Positions 28,875 through 47,966 of a DNA stretch of 64,000 nucleotides are shown piece after piece. The stretch is taken from the NCBI GenBank assembly GCA_009914755.4, contig CP068257.2, positions 16,608,001-16,672,000 on the forward strand. The letters run 5' to 3'. Made by a program: the position numbers and the translations under genes. The notes beneath the pieces were generated by a model. That model was not told the DNA's origin. It worked only from the letters and a program-made list of their open reading frames with translations, and made no database searches. Numbering within the stretch: position 1 is the stretch's first letter; every line of letters begins with the position of its first letter. The stretch comes from the human T2T-CHM13v2.0 reference genome, Homo sapiens.

Positions 28875-30247
28875 AGAAAACTGGGGTTTTATGAAATTAA
28901 GTAGATGGAAGTCATAAAGCAAAGTTCATAAACTACGTGAAACTTACCATCACTCAAGAAATATTTAAACATGATCTAGCTGTTTATTCCTAAATGAAAT
29001 TGATCTCAGATACAGTTTATTTCCTGGCTCCATACCACTCTTAGAGACTTTCTTAAGTCAATCAGACATATATCTTTAGTAACAATAAGTAAACGTAAGC
29101 CACATTTACTCAGCTTTTAAAAAAAATCCAAAAACAAAAAAAACTTCCTATGAAATAAAGAGTTTCAAATTTTGTTATTGGTTAATTTGTTTTTGAAGAG
29201 CCTACACTGTGGTCATAAAATGTCTTTTAGCTTGAAGTCTGAAAAGAGAAAATATCTATCTAGGAATCATTTTTACTGTTTAAATTTGAAGTTTAATAAA
29301 TCATAATATTTTTCAAGAGGGAGAAATATATGAATATACAGTCTTTGACTTCAATATACTTGATGGACAGCAGACATGAGGCATTTTCAGCAATACAGTG
29401 TCATTGCTGTGAAGAACTTTTGTAGGAGTTATCAGAAAAGCATTTGACTTAGAACTTTGTGCTTTCTCTTATAATAGGTAACGACATTTTAAATGTGAGT
29501 ACTTTGATTCTGAGACCCTCTACCTTTCCACAAGATTTTCTGCATTTTCATCTTAAATACATTTAGGACTTTTAAACATCATGGCTATAATTTGTTGTGA
29601 CTGCAGGGATCAGGTTCTCTTATCAGACTACAGAGCCTTTTCTGGTGCTTTATTATTTATGAGTGGTTAAAACTCTGTCCCAGCTAGGGCACTCCTATTA
29701 GAAATTCCACAGCCAATGAGCCTTGTGGTTACATTTAGAGGGTATGAAGTACGAGAATACTTTTCAAAAAAAAGTATGATTATTTTTAATATGTATGATT
29801 TCTGTGTTTGGAAAACATGCAGTTGATGCTGGGGGTGAATGGTGTATCAACTGATGGATACAATGTAAGATTCATGTCAAATCTGAGCCCTCTTGTCAGT
29901 AAGCAGAATTAGCATGTTCAAGTTACAAGAGATTCCATTCTCATTTTAAGAAAATGTTGAGTGTGAGGCCTTCACATTATAAATAAAGATAGTTTTATTA
30001 GTTTGGAAAATGTGACAGGTAATAATTTGGCTTTTGATGAGACTTTATCATGTGCTTTACAAAAATAAATTTTTGTAACCCTAGTTTATATTCATTTTAA
30101 TGAGGCTTTTAAGTTTATCAGAGTGTTTATAATACTAAAACTAGATATTGAGGTTGGGGGACACTTGAATTCCCCGTCAAAAGAATATAGTTTTATAATA
30201 TCTTCTATGCAATCTGAAGAAATTTTTAAAAACTCTACAAATATATA

Positions 30248-30550
<303 letters not shown>

Positions 30551-30609
30551 CTACAAATATAAAAACTCTGCAAGTATATCTTTGAAAGCTCTACAGATAC
30601 ACAACTCTA

Positions 30610-30921
<312 letters not shown>

Positions 30922-30964
30922 TTACAAGCATTTCTAACAAGTTTTAAAAATCAATAACAGTTAA

Positions 30965-31440
<476 letters not shown>

Positions 31441-32101
31441 CTCATTTCTCTTTTATAGTGTAAAAAATGTCTTAGTTCTGGAGGTAATCATTTATATTTT
31501 ATTTTTAAATAAAATTATGGTGCTCAATAGAAAGTGGTGCCAGTTCTCTGAAAATTATGGTAAGGATGATTTTCAGCATCAATTAATAGAAATTTGGGCA
31601 AATGTTCTGAGACTTTTTTATTTTCCCCAATTATCACCATGTTAAAAAAGCTTTTAGGAGATTGTTTTACAGGGCAATTATGGAAGCATTGACATTGGTC
31701 ACTGACTTTTAAAGCCCTTCTTGCATCAATTTACAAGCCAACTGGCACCCTTAAGCACCCACTGCATGTAAGACCTAGGGCAGACACAAAAATGAATAAG
31801 ACACAGTGCTTATCCTTAAGGACAGGGATATACAACTAACCGTAGCAATAGTCTGCTTTTGATAAGTGCTGTAATGCATGTATAAATCAAACCCCATGAA
31901 AACACAGAGATGGCAGCACTTTCTCCTAACCGGGCACTGAAAAAGACTTAGGAATAAAAGTCAGAATTGAGCAGAGCCCTTCATGATAAAATTCACTTTA
32001 TCAGGGGATTTCTTGCACATTTTCCAGGCATTTGGAGGAAGTCCTTCATTTGTCACTCAGATAATATTATCGAATCTCCATTAAAAACTTCATCCTATGA
32101 A

Positions 32102-32430
<329 letters not shown>

Positions 32431-32822
32431 TATGAATAACTTAATTCTTGCTCACTTTCCCCACAGAACATGTGTTCTTCTCTCAGTTTATGTCTTACTC
32501 TGCTTTTTGGTAGATGAACCTACCTTTCTTTTACATGAAAAATAGAGAGGGCATGCATAATAACATCATCTATTTATCTGAGCTTCTCCTTTGAGTTTAC
32601 TGTTATACAGGGCTCAGAGAGTTTTATTCTACTGGTTCTTTCTGGAAAGTTGAATTTAAACATCCTGATGAAAGAAATTTAATATATTTCTCTCTACTCC
32701 CTAATCCCATTTAAGTTCCAATGATTTATGTAACAAATTATCTAGCTTTTATGAATTAATGCATTGACATTGATAATATTTGAAATCTAGTTTTGAATTA
32801 ATTTTGGCAGATAAGATGACTA

Positions 32823-33089
<267 letters not shown>

Positions 33090-33619
33090 TCATCATGACA
33101 TTTCAGAATATGTTTCTATCCTGAAATGTTCTTTAATTTCTCTGAAGAATCATCCTTTAAAAATATTCTCAAATCTTTATTTTTCTGATCACAACATAAA
33201 GAAAACCCTAATTAGTGCTAATCTCTCTGTTTCACTCCTCTTAAGTTATATGCTGAGCTCTAGTTCTAGATTGTGGTTCTCAACTGTGGTTGTACATTGC
33301 AATCTCGTGAGGTGCTTTTAAATAATGCTGACACCTACTTCCCCTCCTCCCCCGATTCTAATGTACTGGGTCTGGAATAGTCCACCAGACAATTTAAAAA
33401 ATACTTCTAAAATTAAATCTCCAAATTTGTGCTACTATATATAATATATGGCTAGGTTGGAGAACCTCTGCCTTAGGTCACATTTCACTGTGGAAATTGT
33501 GTCCCTGTTAAGGGCTTTTTCAGACAACTGTAGCTAGCAACTGTAGTATAATGGAAGGAAGTTCAGATGCATTTCCCATTTAGAGAGTCATTGAATTCAC
33601 ATATAGTTAAAGTAAACAA

Positions 33620-33928
33620 GCCAGGCGCGGTGGCTCACGCCTGTAATCCCAGCACTTTGGGAGGCCGAGGCGGGCGGATCACAAGGTCAGGGGATCGAGA
33701 CCATCTTGGTTAACACGGTGAAACCCCGTCTCTACTAAAAATACAAAAAATCAGCCGGGCGTGGTGGTGGGCGCCTGTAGTCCCAGCTACTTCGGGGGGC
33801 AGAGGCAGGAGAATGGCGTGAACCCGGGGGGCGGAGCTTGCAGTGAGCCGAGATTGCGCCACTGCACTCCAGCCTGGGAGACAAAGCAAGACTCCGCCTC
33901 AAACAAAAAAAAAAAAAAAAAAAAAAAA
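33620..33928 (+). mobile_element. Alu SINE (AluY-like) with TSD agtaaaca(a)g
   Basis: gccaggcgcggtggctcacgcctgtaatcccagcactttgggaggccgaggcgggcggatcacaaggtcagg...ccgcctcaaacaaaaaaaaa. Flanks are aagtaaacaag before and aagtaaacag after. Confidence 0.9.
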
Positions 33929-36561
33929 GTAAACAGTATGCCTTATTATAATTTTTATAATCTAACATATAAACTTGAATAATCTCCATATACAATGTTG
34001 GCCATCTATAATAATTGGTAAAGGATAACACTTGTGTTGTAGAACAGATTAAATTGGGTAGTATATTATAATTTGAAAGTGTGCAAGGACTTTTAAATGT
34101 GCTATTGGCCTGCGATTTCTTCACACAAAGGAATTATCAGCTGGAATTAAGCCAGTTAAGCCATATTCACAATGAAGGTAAAATTCAATGGTTGCAATCC
34201 TAGGCAGAGCTATTGATTCAATTCTTAACAGTCGCAAATGCCTCGTTTAATGTGGTATTTAAATATTAAAGTCCAAGTCACTTACAGATGTATAAAGGGC
34301 ATGAAGTTACTTACATCTATCTATCACTTTGTTTTATTTACCAAATTACTATGTTTGGTCAGGTAGCAGTCATCAGTAAAGCCAGTGAGCGTCCAAGCAT
34401 TCAGTAAAGCATCCACTGACAACCACATTGCATTAGAACTTGAAGAAATACACCTAAGTGCTCTGTAGCAACAAAATACTACTTGGTGCCAAGTGCAATA
34501 CCGAGAACTTTTGTATCTCTTCATTTAATCCTCATCATAATTTTACAATGGGAACAAACTAGGCGCTGATTATCTAAATGGTAGGAGGTGACTTTAATTG
34601 GAGCTGTCTGACTTTAGAGCCTGCACTTAACACCAGTGACTGGGGTGCCTCATACAGCTCTGAGTGGGGTGCCATGGGAGGGATTGAGAACTAGAAGGAA
34701 GGACTGGAGATGTGGGGGGCAAGAGGGAGAGATAAGCTCTGCTGTTGCTTTCCCTGCTCCCACATAGGGGAAGTTATCTCTGCTCCTAGTGGTTGGTGGC
34801 AGCTCCTTAAGTGGCTTAGAGACTGGGCCAGGAGGTCATTATGGTGCTGTACAGGCTTGACAAGAGGTCTTCGTGCTTTCTCTTCTCCAGGTCAGAGGAA
34901 TCTGTACTTCAGCCATGCTTGGCATCTTGATAATTTCAGACAGCACCCCACTTCCACTGTACCCTGGGATTCCCGTGTCTACTTTAGCCTATGTAGGGAG
35001 AGTGAACAGAGCCAAATCTCTTCCCTGGTGTTCTGTTTCTGAACTTCTTTCTCTATCACATGTTAAGTATATTTCCTAAAGCTCAACTGGTCAGTTTTCA
35101 CTTGAGTAGCCTGCCTGTTAAGACTGACAGGTAACAAGTAGTTACTTTATTTTAAAAATTGTATGATTTTTTTTTTACTCAACATTTACCTCACACATTC
35201 ACTCAATATTTACAAAAAATTAATCTTACAATTACTATACCGTATGTTTTGTGTTTGGCATTTTATTAAATTTATTTATACATCATATTCTCTGTTATAT
35301 TCATATAACCAATGTATTGTAATAGTATTTATAATTTATAGTGTATGTATATAAATTATCTATATAAATATTACCTATATTAATGAACTATTAATATTTG
35401 CTCACAGTGTATGAGATCATTATATATAAGTTGGAGTTAACAGAGGACATGTCATTATTAAAAATTATAGGATTGTCTCCTCAGGTGTTTTATACATATT
35501 TTATCTTCAGAATTTTTCATATAGAAGTTCAGAGAGGTGCATGCAGTTTATTTGATATAGATTTAAATAAATGTTAAATTAAGGTATTTCAGAGAAAGAG
35601 CATCTAAACTCCCAAATTCTTCTTTGTAAATACTATACTTTATCTGAGAACTAATCAACATAATCACTGATATGAGAGAGCTTGTAGGTAACATAGTTTA
35701 GTAATCATCACTTCCTTTCATTATTTTAAGGACTTGAGTAGAAAACCAATACATGAACCAGGAACGTGCAGATTAAATATACGTGCTTCAAGCTACTCAT
35801 CTAATTTAATACAATTTACAACAATATTAATCTGACACATTCTTGATAATTTCCAAAATTGTTTATTGTGCCACATAGAAAATAGCCTCTCTTTCATGTT
35901 TTTATTACTTCAGTATCTATGAGCAGCACCATGGATAGGAAAAATTCCGCCGCCATGTATCATTTACATCTTTCCTTCAAAGAGAAAGGCTGCTCCACAA
36001 ACCTTTCTGTCATGCACTTAACTTCCCCACCACAAAACCAACACTAGCACAAGCACCACCAGTACTACTCCATCTGGCAGTAATTTTAGAGCTTTTCCTC
36101 GGTGGAAAATGACTGGAGAATACAGAGCTTACAGCCAATAGTTCTTAAGTTCTAGAGCCACTTGAGGAAGTTTCTAAAACTTTAGATTTCTAGTTTCCAT
36201 TTCCAGAAATTCTAATTTGGAAAGTTGGAGTGGCACTCAACAATCTGTACTTTGTAATCACTGTTGGGATACTGAGCAATGCAGAAAACTTCCTAGCTTT
36301 TTTATATACCCAAATCTGAGGGGCAGGTGAAGACAGCCTTCAGAAAATTCATTTTAGATGAAGAGATGGGACTTTTTATGTTTTTAAAATCTGGTCTCAA
36401 AGCATCTCTTTTCTAGTAAAGGAAGGAAGAGCTATAGCGCTGAAGATAGATGGGCATAGGAGAAGGTGAGAACCACCTGGAATAGGAAATCCCCAATCCG
36501 GTGGAGGATAAAGATCGCAAAGATAGGGCATCTTCAGATAGAAGTTGGCTGAATTTACTTT

Positions 36562-36851
<290 letters not shown>

Positions 36852-39749
36852 TCACCATCTGTCCTGCACAAGCAAGACATTTATCATAGTAGCAAGAGAA
36901 AGAGAAGCACAGCAGGTTGGAGAGGGCAGAAAAACATACACTCCTGGTCTCTGTAACCCCAAAGATGCTTCTTTGAAAAAAAGATGCTTTTTTCCCATTT
37001 CCTGAGATGCAGAAGCAGCACCAGATAAGATGAACTAGTGGTACCTCAGATATATGTGGCAATGTGCTGATGTGAAAATAACTTCACCACTCTAGGCATC
37101 AGGATGTCCATTTGTAAGTGGGACTTTCAATGCAGTAGAAAGCAAATATGGTAAGACAGCTATGATAGAGCATCACAACAGGCTGAAGGGAAAATAAAAT
37201 CAATGGGAATCCAAAACTGTAAATTAAAACCTTTTTCCTGTTTTACTATTACTAAAGGTGGCACAACAGCAACCTCAACAACTTTGCACCATGCCAACAC
37301 TGATGTTTACACCCAGCACAGCATTTTTGGTCTCTATTTTTATTCTCCTCTGAATGTAATGAGGATTCCTAGATGGCTAGCCAATTCGAATATTTAAGGC
37401 AACTGAAAGTTAGAATGTTTCTGAAACATAGTGTTGTTGCCAGAGAGTACGAAAGTTTTCAAGAATATCGGGCAATTCTGAAAGTACAAAGAAGCCAGAT
37501 TAAATGAAATAACACTGGCGAAGTTTTAGCAAGGTGACTCTCATATAATGATCATTATCATTACCACAGTTAAAAGAAAAGAGTTGTTTATGAAAGGCCA
37601 TGTGTCTGCAATGAAACTCAAAAGAGAAAAGTTAACAGGTGCAAAAGGTAGTTTTATTATAAAAGGAGGGTAGGCAACAAGAATATGTTTAATTTTTCTT
37701 CCTTTTCATGAGTAAGGACAAGAGTGTCATATATGTGAATATTTTTATTTAATTTTAAGTAGAAATCTGTTTTTAAAATATGGGTATATGCTTATTTGTG
37801 TAAGTGTAAGAAACAGAAGTAAGTACAGCAAACCAGAAATAGGCCAAACACTCCTGAGCATAATTTTACTTGGTAGATTATTCCTGAAACTTAAGGAATC
37901 ATCTTTGAACTCTTTTCCTCACTTGACTTCCAGGATTCACCATGCACTTGTGATTTTCCTTTCATTTCACTCTCCGTTCCTCCTCAGTCTTTTTTTCTCC
38001 CCCAGGTCTTTTTTGTTCATCTTAAACTCTAAATTTTAGAATATCCCAGGGGTCTGCCTTCGGCCTTCTCTTTTATATCTACACTGGCCTCATACATAAT
38101 CTTAACCAAGTCATTATTTTAAATACCTATAATATACTGAAAACTTCTAAATTTGTATTTTAATTCTTGACTTCTTCCATACAGTCTAGATTTGTATGTC
38201 CACAGGCTGACATCATTGGCTGATACCAACTTGGATGTCTAATAGGCAGTCCCAAGCTTAATATATAAAAATCAGAACTCTCACTCTCTTTCCAATCTGA
38301 TTTCTTCCTGTTTTCCTCATCTCAGTAAATGATATCAACACTCACTCCATTCTCTTTTCCTTACTCCATATCTGTGATCATTAATAAATGCAGATGACTC
38401 TAACCATCAGAACTTACTAAAAAGATCCAGCCACTTCCTCAGCTTCTTCAGCTATGGTCCTAACTGGTGTCCCTGATTTCACGTTTGCTCCTCCCAGCAG
38501 TCCCATCTTCACACATTAGCCTGATTGGATAAGGTCACTCTTTGGTCCTCCACATGGTCCCTCATCCTATTTACCTATTTAGCCTCCTGAGACCTCTCCA
38601 GGGCTCGATCCATAGTTCCAGTCTCGTCACTGCCGCTCTGCCAATCCCCTTCTGGGCAACAGCAGCAGGGCTTTTTGAGGTGTCTGGAGTAAGTCTACCT
38701 CACTTCTACCCCAGAGCATCAGAGTTTGCTGTTACCTTCAAAGAAATTTGTGTAACATTCTCCTTCATTTCTTTAGATTTTCCTTCCATTTTCAATTGGT
38801 CTGTGACACTTTCTCCAACCACTGTATCGAAAACAACCTTCTTGCTCTTATCATATTTTCTGTTCATACTACTTTTCTTTACTGCATGTATCACTGCTAA
38901 AGTATTTATTTAAATGTTTTTCAGCCTTAACATGTCATATAAACCTTATCAGAGGAAAGATTTTGTTGGTCTGTACAGCACTATCATCTCCAAACTTAGA
39001 AAACTACTTAGCACAGGATAAGTGCTCAGCAAATGTCATCTGATTGAATGGATATATAAAAAACAGTAAGCAATCCAAGAGCAGGAAGGAATGAATATTA
39101 CCAGTGGTTCCTCATAACAGCCAGGTAACGGGCAGAGTTGCGTATCAATCCACATAATTTCACTCTCTGTTCTTCCTCAGTCTTCTCCCACCCCACCCAG
39201 CTCTTTTTTCTTTTTAATGTTTAGAGTCTCAAACTCTAAATATTAAAATATTCCTTCTTTGTGTAACAAGTGGTTATGCAAAATAACTAAGAAAAAAGGT
39301 GGCTCAACAATGTGATCCAAGATGATGAATTAATTATCAAAGTAGAGGTAACTTGAGAGATACGATAGAAACTTTTAGGAAATGAAATTTCTGAGTGCAC
39401 TAATAATTATAATGAGATACATGCCAAACAGACATATGTTATTAAATAGTGGTAATAGAATGGTGTCAAGGAAATGGATTGCACGATATAGGTCAAGAGA
39501 GACTTACAGGAAACACAATTTTACAGGGAAACACAAGATTGGAAGTTGATATAACCTCTAATAAAGACATAAATCTAAAAAGTCTTAGTGATACAGTAAG
39601 ATAGTATTAACTTTTAGGAAGATGACTAGCACTCAAACTTGAAATATTTTGGAAAAGGATCCAAGACCTAAGCTCTAACCAAAGTCAATATTACTAACCT
39701 ACCCTTGAAATCTCTACTGTCTATGACTATTTATCAGAGAACTAAGAAT

Positions 39750-40637
<888 letters not shown>

Positions 40638-40993
40638 CGCTCTTCCTCTTTTTTATCTGCAAATATTACCATAATCTTAAAATGATATTATAGTATTTCT
40701 TCAATCTGAAGAACATTATATATTACAAGCCTAACTCCCTAGAACAATAAGACTAGGTAGATAAGCAGAAAAATAAAATTAAACTAATTATATGTATATT
40801 TTAGGATAGGTTTAAGAAGAAATTAAGTATTTAAAAATTATTGAATTGATATATGTCCTGTGTTCTGCTTAAAGCATGAGACATTCAAAAAAATCCAAAT
40901 TTTAGGTGGTAATTATGGTATCAATTAAGTAATGTTATTTTATTATAAATGCTTAACTGTTTAAAAAGTTGATTTTCAAAGTTTTATTAGTTA

Positions 40994-41375
<382 letters not shown>

Positions 41376-44300
41376 TCATATATGAAATTATTTATTTCAG
41401 GAGTGTTAACACATATTTTAAGGAATTGTTTCAATAAGAAATCAGGTAATCCCTGTGATGTCTCTGGTCTGCTCTGAAAAGCTAAATTAAAGAATGAGAT
41501 CTTGGCAAGAGGCTCCCTGTCACTAATTTCATCTTTAATAGATGTCCGTTCAATGACTGTGATCCAGACTGTAAATCTATATATGATTGCCCACCCACGT
41601 GACTCCATATTTGCTTCTGGAAGCTGGGATGTGAGTGACTAGAAAGAGGTAATGGAGAAACTTTTTGGGTGATTGGAATGTTTTATATCTTCAGAGGAAT
41701 GTCAGTTTAACAGGTGCATGCATTTAAAAAATGCATCGATTTGTATACTTAAGTTTATGCATTTTCCTATATGTCAGCAGGAAAAAAGAATGGAAAACAA
41801 ATAGGAAACCTTGGTTGATGCGTGTGCTTTATGCAGTAGTATGAGTCAGCAATTCTCAAACTCCTTTTTGTGTTCCAGGCTTTCCAGACTTCAGCAAATA
41901 CATCAATAGCTTGTGGATAATAGGAACAATGTTTTTTGTTATTGGAATCAAGATGTAAAAATACAGAAGACAAGGTTAGGATTTATCCTCTAGTATTCTA
42001 TTGGAGTTGGAGTCATTGTTTTGAGTATATATTTGTAGGTATATAATAGAGCTTTGTTCACTGTATAGTTTTAGGAACAGGACACAACATCAGTAGCCAT
42101 AAGCACACAAGATCATGTTTACCAAAATACAGAAATAACTGAAATTAGTTAAGGTTTCTTACAGAAAAGTTGACTTCAGGACTAGGATAGAAAACACACA
42201 AGATTAACCTGGAACATCTTATTTTGACAGAAAATAAAAGAAGTTCTCAAAGAGTAGGACTATATTAAGGCTGATAAAGGAGCAAGCTTGAGGGTTTTTT
42301 TTTTTCAAATAGAAGAATTTTCCTACCTAATAACTGACCTGTATTCAAAAATATTAAAAACAAGAAATACAGAAAGGGGCTACTCTACACTAAAGGAGAT
42401 GAAAAAAGTGTAGCATCCAGATGCAATACACTATCCTGAATTGGTTCTAACATGGCAAACATGCAAACAAAATAAAGAGCATATTTGTGAAATTAATTAG
42501 GATTGTATTTCATTAATGTTAAATTTCCATGATTTGCTGTGATTCTGTAGGAAGTGTCCTGTTTTTAGTAAAAATACTCTGAGTACTTAAGAGTATAAAA
42601 ATACATCTAACCTACTACGAAATTGTTCAGAAAAAAAGTCTCCTGACTTAGAAAGAGATGATAATAAAATATACAGAGGAAAATGTAAGCAATTGGTGAG
42701 TCTGAGTAAAGGTATAAAGAGCTCTGTACTATTTTTGCAATTTTTATGCATGTTTGAAATTATATCAATATAAAAATTTCATAAAATAAATATGTTGAAT
42801 ATCTATTGTGCAAGACTTGGCGTCTTCCTTCATAGAGCTTTCCTATGCAGGAACTGCAACACAATCAACATTTTATTGCACATTCTTGCATGAATCGCGG
42901 TAGGCAAAAGCATTGCAGCATCTTATTGTTGTCCTGACAAGCAAGATAGATATCCTTATGAACTTCCTACAGATGAGGAAACGGAAACTTAGAGATACTA
43001 AGTTGCTTGTCCATAATCACACATGTGATTTGTTGGATATACAGGATTAAAATCCTCTCCTTTGGTTCAAAGTCAAACTTGCCCTTTAAGCCACAGGAAG
43101 GTTGGCCCACACTTCCAAATCCTTCTTTTAAGGTTGTAAAAGGACAATACCACGATAGAGAAACCGAACAGGCACAGGGTTATTTAGAATCACTCAGGAG
43201 AACTTAGCCTGAGGAATGCAAATGAAGTGTTGATGATAAGATTAAACAGAAGAGCTGTTCAATTAAACCATTTAACCACCTGCAGGTTAAAACACCTGCA
43301 ACAGGTTTACACTGAGGGCAAGCCACTTGTGTGGCATGAGTTTAATAACTTGCTTGATCTGAGTTATTCTTTTTATTAGGAAATTAAGCTTTCCATAGCA
43401 CAATTAGGCTTTTAAAGAGACAGATAAGAGCCAGTATTAACATACTGATAAAACAGTTTTTGATTAAACTATCTAAAACAATATCAGAAACTTTCTTTGT
43501 TAGAGACATGAAGTAGAAAGCAAGAAAACTCTTAGGCATTAGAGAAAAAAAAATAATTCCATTGAATGCCTAAGGAGAGTAAAATGCGTGGTTGGTAAGG
43601 ATAATTTTGAATTTATCAGAATTCTAGTACAACTTACCTTTGCTTGTGCTTAAGTTGAAACTGAAAAGACATTTTATTGTCCTATGTGATTGTGTGAGAG
43701 AAGCAGGAGCCTAGGAGAGCCAAAGTAACACCATTTTAAGTTCAGCCCCATCTTGAGACTAACAAGACACATTCCTTGCTGGTCATGACCCATAGTCATA
43801 AAATGTTTATTGTTGAGGAAGCAGCCTAAAGATACCTAGGAGGACACATTCCTACAATGGAAAGTCCGAATGTATCAACACCCATAACAATATATGCTTT
43901 CAAGATAATTATGCTTTGATGTACTTACACACTGCAATGTCAAGGATTGTTTTCTCCAAATCAATGGAATAATAAATTTTGTCAAGGTTACTCTCATGTA
44001 GACACAGCCTAGTTTAGTATTTACATAGACAAGACCCCCATAGAAGAAAAACTTAAAGACAGGGCGTTCCTTCTCTTGCTTTCTAAGGATGCCCTACTTT
44101 GTGACTCAGGAGCTTTCAATAAACGATCTTTTTGCACTGCACTCTGCGACTGGCCTTGAATTCCTTCCTGTGTGAGATCCAAGAATCCTCTCTTGGCACC
44201 TGGATCTGGATTCCTTTTCTCTGGTAACAATTGGACATGTGTTTATACTAGGTAAAACTGCCTTTCTATTTTCTACACATATTTGTTGTTTGAAAAGCTA

Positions 44301-46059
44301 TGAGATTGGTATCATTAACCTATTAGAAGTACATCTGTAAAATAGATAATTGAAAGACATCACTAATATTACTGCGAGCCTGATTGACGTTTAGACAGCA
44401 TATGTTTGGCAAGAACATTAAACAGGAATTTGCCAAATTCAAGGCTGATATAGCAAGGTTGCTAACTTATTAAGATCTACCTATGTGCAACAGAAAACAC
44501 TGACTTTTTAGCTAAAACTAGCTTTAATTTGCATCACAGTTAGGATACAGATGTTACGCTATCCGTGACATGTCCAAAGCAAACAACATGTGTAAAGATT
44601 AAAGCCATGTTTAGAAGGGGATGGAAAAATTGCCTCTACAGATGCTTGTTATAGTATGAAAATAAATTACAATATGATTATTAGGAGGCAGCAAAGTCAA
44701 GAGGGTGCACTTTAGTTAAGGGAGAGGCTGCAATTTAGTCTCCAGGATGTAACACTCAATGGATAGAATCAGAGAGAGCTTTAGATGTAGATGGGATGGT
44801 GCTGTCGGTAGCTCCTTTGGAGACCAGCTATTTGGCAAACCTGAGAGCTAGTTGAGGGTCCTTTTTCTCCAAAGTCCTGGGATTATGCATTTGAGTCTAC
44901 TTTCACTCTGATATAATGGGTATTTAGGCATAAGTGCAATCTTTTAATGTTCATTCTACCTGGCATTCCCCATCTCCTTTAAAATTTTCACAATCTCTGT
45001 GTCTGACAGTTGGTCTTTATTTACCCAAGGATCTTAAATATCTATGTGGGTAAGGAAAGTTGAGTCTTGTAACCTGATTAACTACGGCTGCCTCGTCCAT
45101 GCCCGGTTCTTTCCTCGTCAATGCCTGGTTCTTTCTAACATGGTTCTTTCCTCTGAGGTTCTGGATCCTGGCTACAGAGAGGCTTACTCTAATCCTCATG
45201 GGTAAGGTCATTCACTGGACACCTCACTGACATAGGGACAGGAGATGAGTCCTAGATCAAGCTCATACGTATTATATGAGGAAGCTCCCTTTTTTCCTGA
45301 CTGAATTCAGAACCATGTGACTATCTAGAGAGGTGGCATCTTTGATGTGGAAGAGGAGCATGAACATGTTCTTGGGTCCAGGATCATTTAGCTTTTCCTC
45401 CTTTACTCCCACCCCCTTCTATCCACTCTGTTCTCTCCTCTAGGACTGCAAAATAAATGTCAAAATTCAACATTATCTTGTCCTATTATAGTACAAAACA
45501 GAGTCAGATACGGTTGATATTAGTTCTAAATTTCAGTTAATAGGTAGCAATCAAAATAGATCTGACTTAAGAACTAAATACTTTTATCTTAATTCACAAC
45601 AAAGTGCTTATCCATGAACTTCCAGAGCACAGTATAATTGTAATTTGAGGGCTACCTAAGAATACTGATACTGACAATTTGCTAGCAATAAATATTGGAC
45701 AAATTGAATGGTAACCAGTACAATTTATACAATAAATACTAATTTCACGCTCTTAAAAATGCTTACCTTTTGAATTGGCAAAAGTTTCCATTTTTATGTA
45801 TGTAAAAGTGTAAAAAGATCTAATGATGTAATATCTAATGTAGAAGAATTAATATTCATATCTAATGCAGGATAATTTTTTAAAATGTATCTCTATTTTC
45901 ATACATGACATTAATGGGAAAATAATTGGAATGTTTATAATGTCATAAACAGCAGGATTTCCCTGGTGGGATGGTTTTGTGATGCTGCATGAAATGGGAT
46001 GCTCGGCAGTGTCTGCTGTGGTGACCTAGTTTGGGAAGGGACACTTGACATCACACTCA

Positions 46060-46389
<330 letters not shown>

Positions 46390-46393
46390 TTAC

Positions 46394-46443
46394 ATTTATG
46401 GTTACACTGTAACCGAATCAAGGAATCCTGTAAACACTGTTGA
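46394..46443 (-). CDS. TMPRSS15: TMPRSS15 small coding exon (50 nt, end of SRCR domain). Translates (S)QQCLQDSLIRLQCNHK(S).
   Basis: On the - strand the acceptor is ctattacag|tcaacag (AG at 46445-46444). The donor is ataaat|gtaagt (GT at 46393-46392). Phase 1 in and phase 1 out link the exon at 49525-49620 (...ILTP ag+t) to the exon at 46061-46235 (t+ct gives Ser, then CGKK). Confidence 0.9.
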
Positions 46444-47661
46444 CTGTAATAGAAGAACAATCATATTTTTAAAATTATGCATTTAATATTTTCAAGTCAA
46501 ACATCATATAGGTTATCCTACTTTTGCTTTAGTAAAATGGACATCTTAATGTCTCATATATGAAATGTAGGGAGACTGAATTGTAAGCCGAAGAAGCCCC
46601 AGTTTAATGTCAAATAGAGGTGAGTTTGCATCCTTATTCTACCATTTCTATGTGACTTCAGGGAAGTTACTCAATATCCCTGAGACCCAGTTTCTTCTTC
46701 CATAAAATGGGGGTAATAATACTTTATTGGAGTGTTGTGAGAATAAAAAGCAATATTTGCAATAAAACTATTACAGGGCCTTATACACAATGAAATTCTA
46801 TAAATGATAGATATTGTTATGTTACTTGAACCGACATTGGTTTTCATCATTCTATAACACAGAGTATGCCTCAGTATTGCCAATCTGACAACTATTCCGT
46901 GCCCAACACCGTGTATGAGGCTGTGTGCTTCATTCAGGGAATTGAATGATGAATGCGTCACAGGTGCTGCTTTCAAGGAAGGCAGACACGTAAGAAGCAC
47001 ATATAAAAGAAAGCATAGGCAAAAATTACTGAAAACTCATCACCTGCTTAGAAATTTAAATACCAACTTTTTTCAGTGTCAAGAATTCCATTTTAAACAA
47101 AAACTAAGCAAATTTGTTTTACAGTGCATTATACTTATCAGCCACTAGAGATCAGTATAACACAAGAAATTAGAGTACTTGCTCCCACTATTTCCAAATG
47201 CAACCACTGCAGATATCGGCTACATTAAAACACACACATTATACATGCAGATACACAAATAATTGTAATGACTTACTTACATTTATATACTTAGCTACAG
47301 CTAATTGTGCATGCTGTTTAGATCTTTAAAAATGCAACGTAAATAAGACCTAAGATCCACACGTCTAATCAAAGCAATTCAGTGTTTCAGGAAAATATAT
47401 GATAAAGTTTATTTGAAATCATATGTATACGTATTGAATGACTGGCATATTCTTTACAACACAGAATGATTTTAGTTGAAATATAAGGAAGTCTATCTTT
47501 TTAGTAACTAGTGTGCATGCATGTATATCAATCTAGATATATTGACATGTATTTCTAACACCCCAAGGAAGTCTCAATTAACTCCCCTTTTTTTCACCCT
47601 GTGGTGGGAGGTGGTGGTCTGAGTCTGCATATATCTCACAATAGGTTACAGAATCAGAATA

Positions 47662-47966
<305 letters not shown>
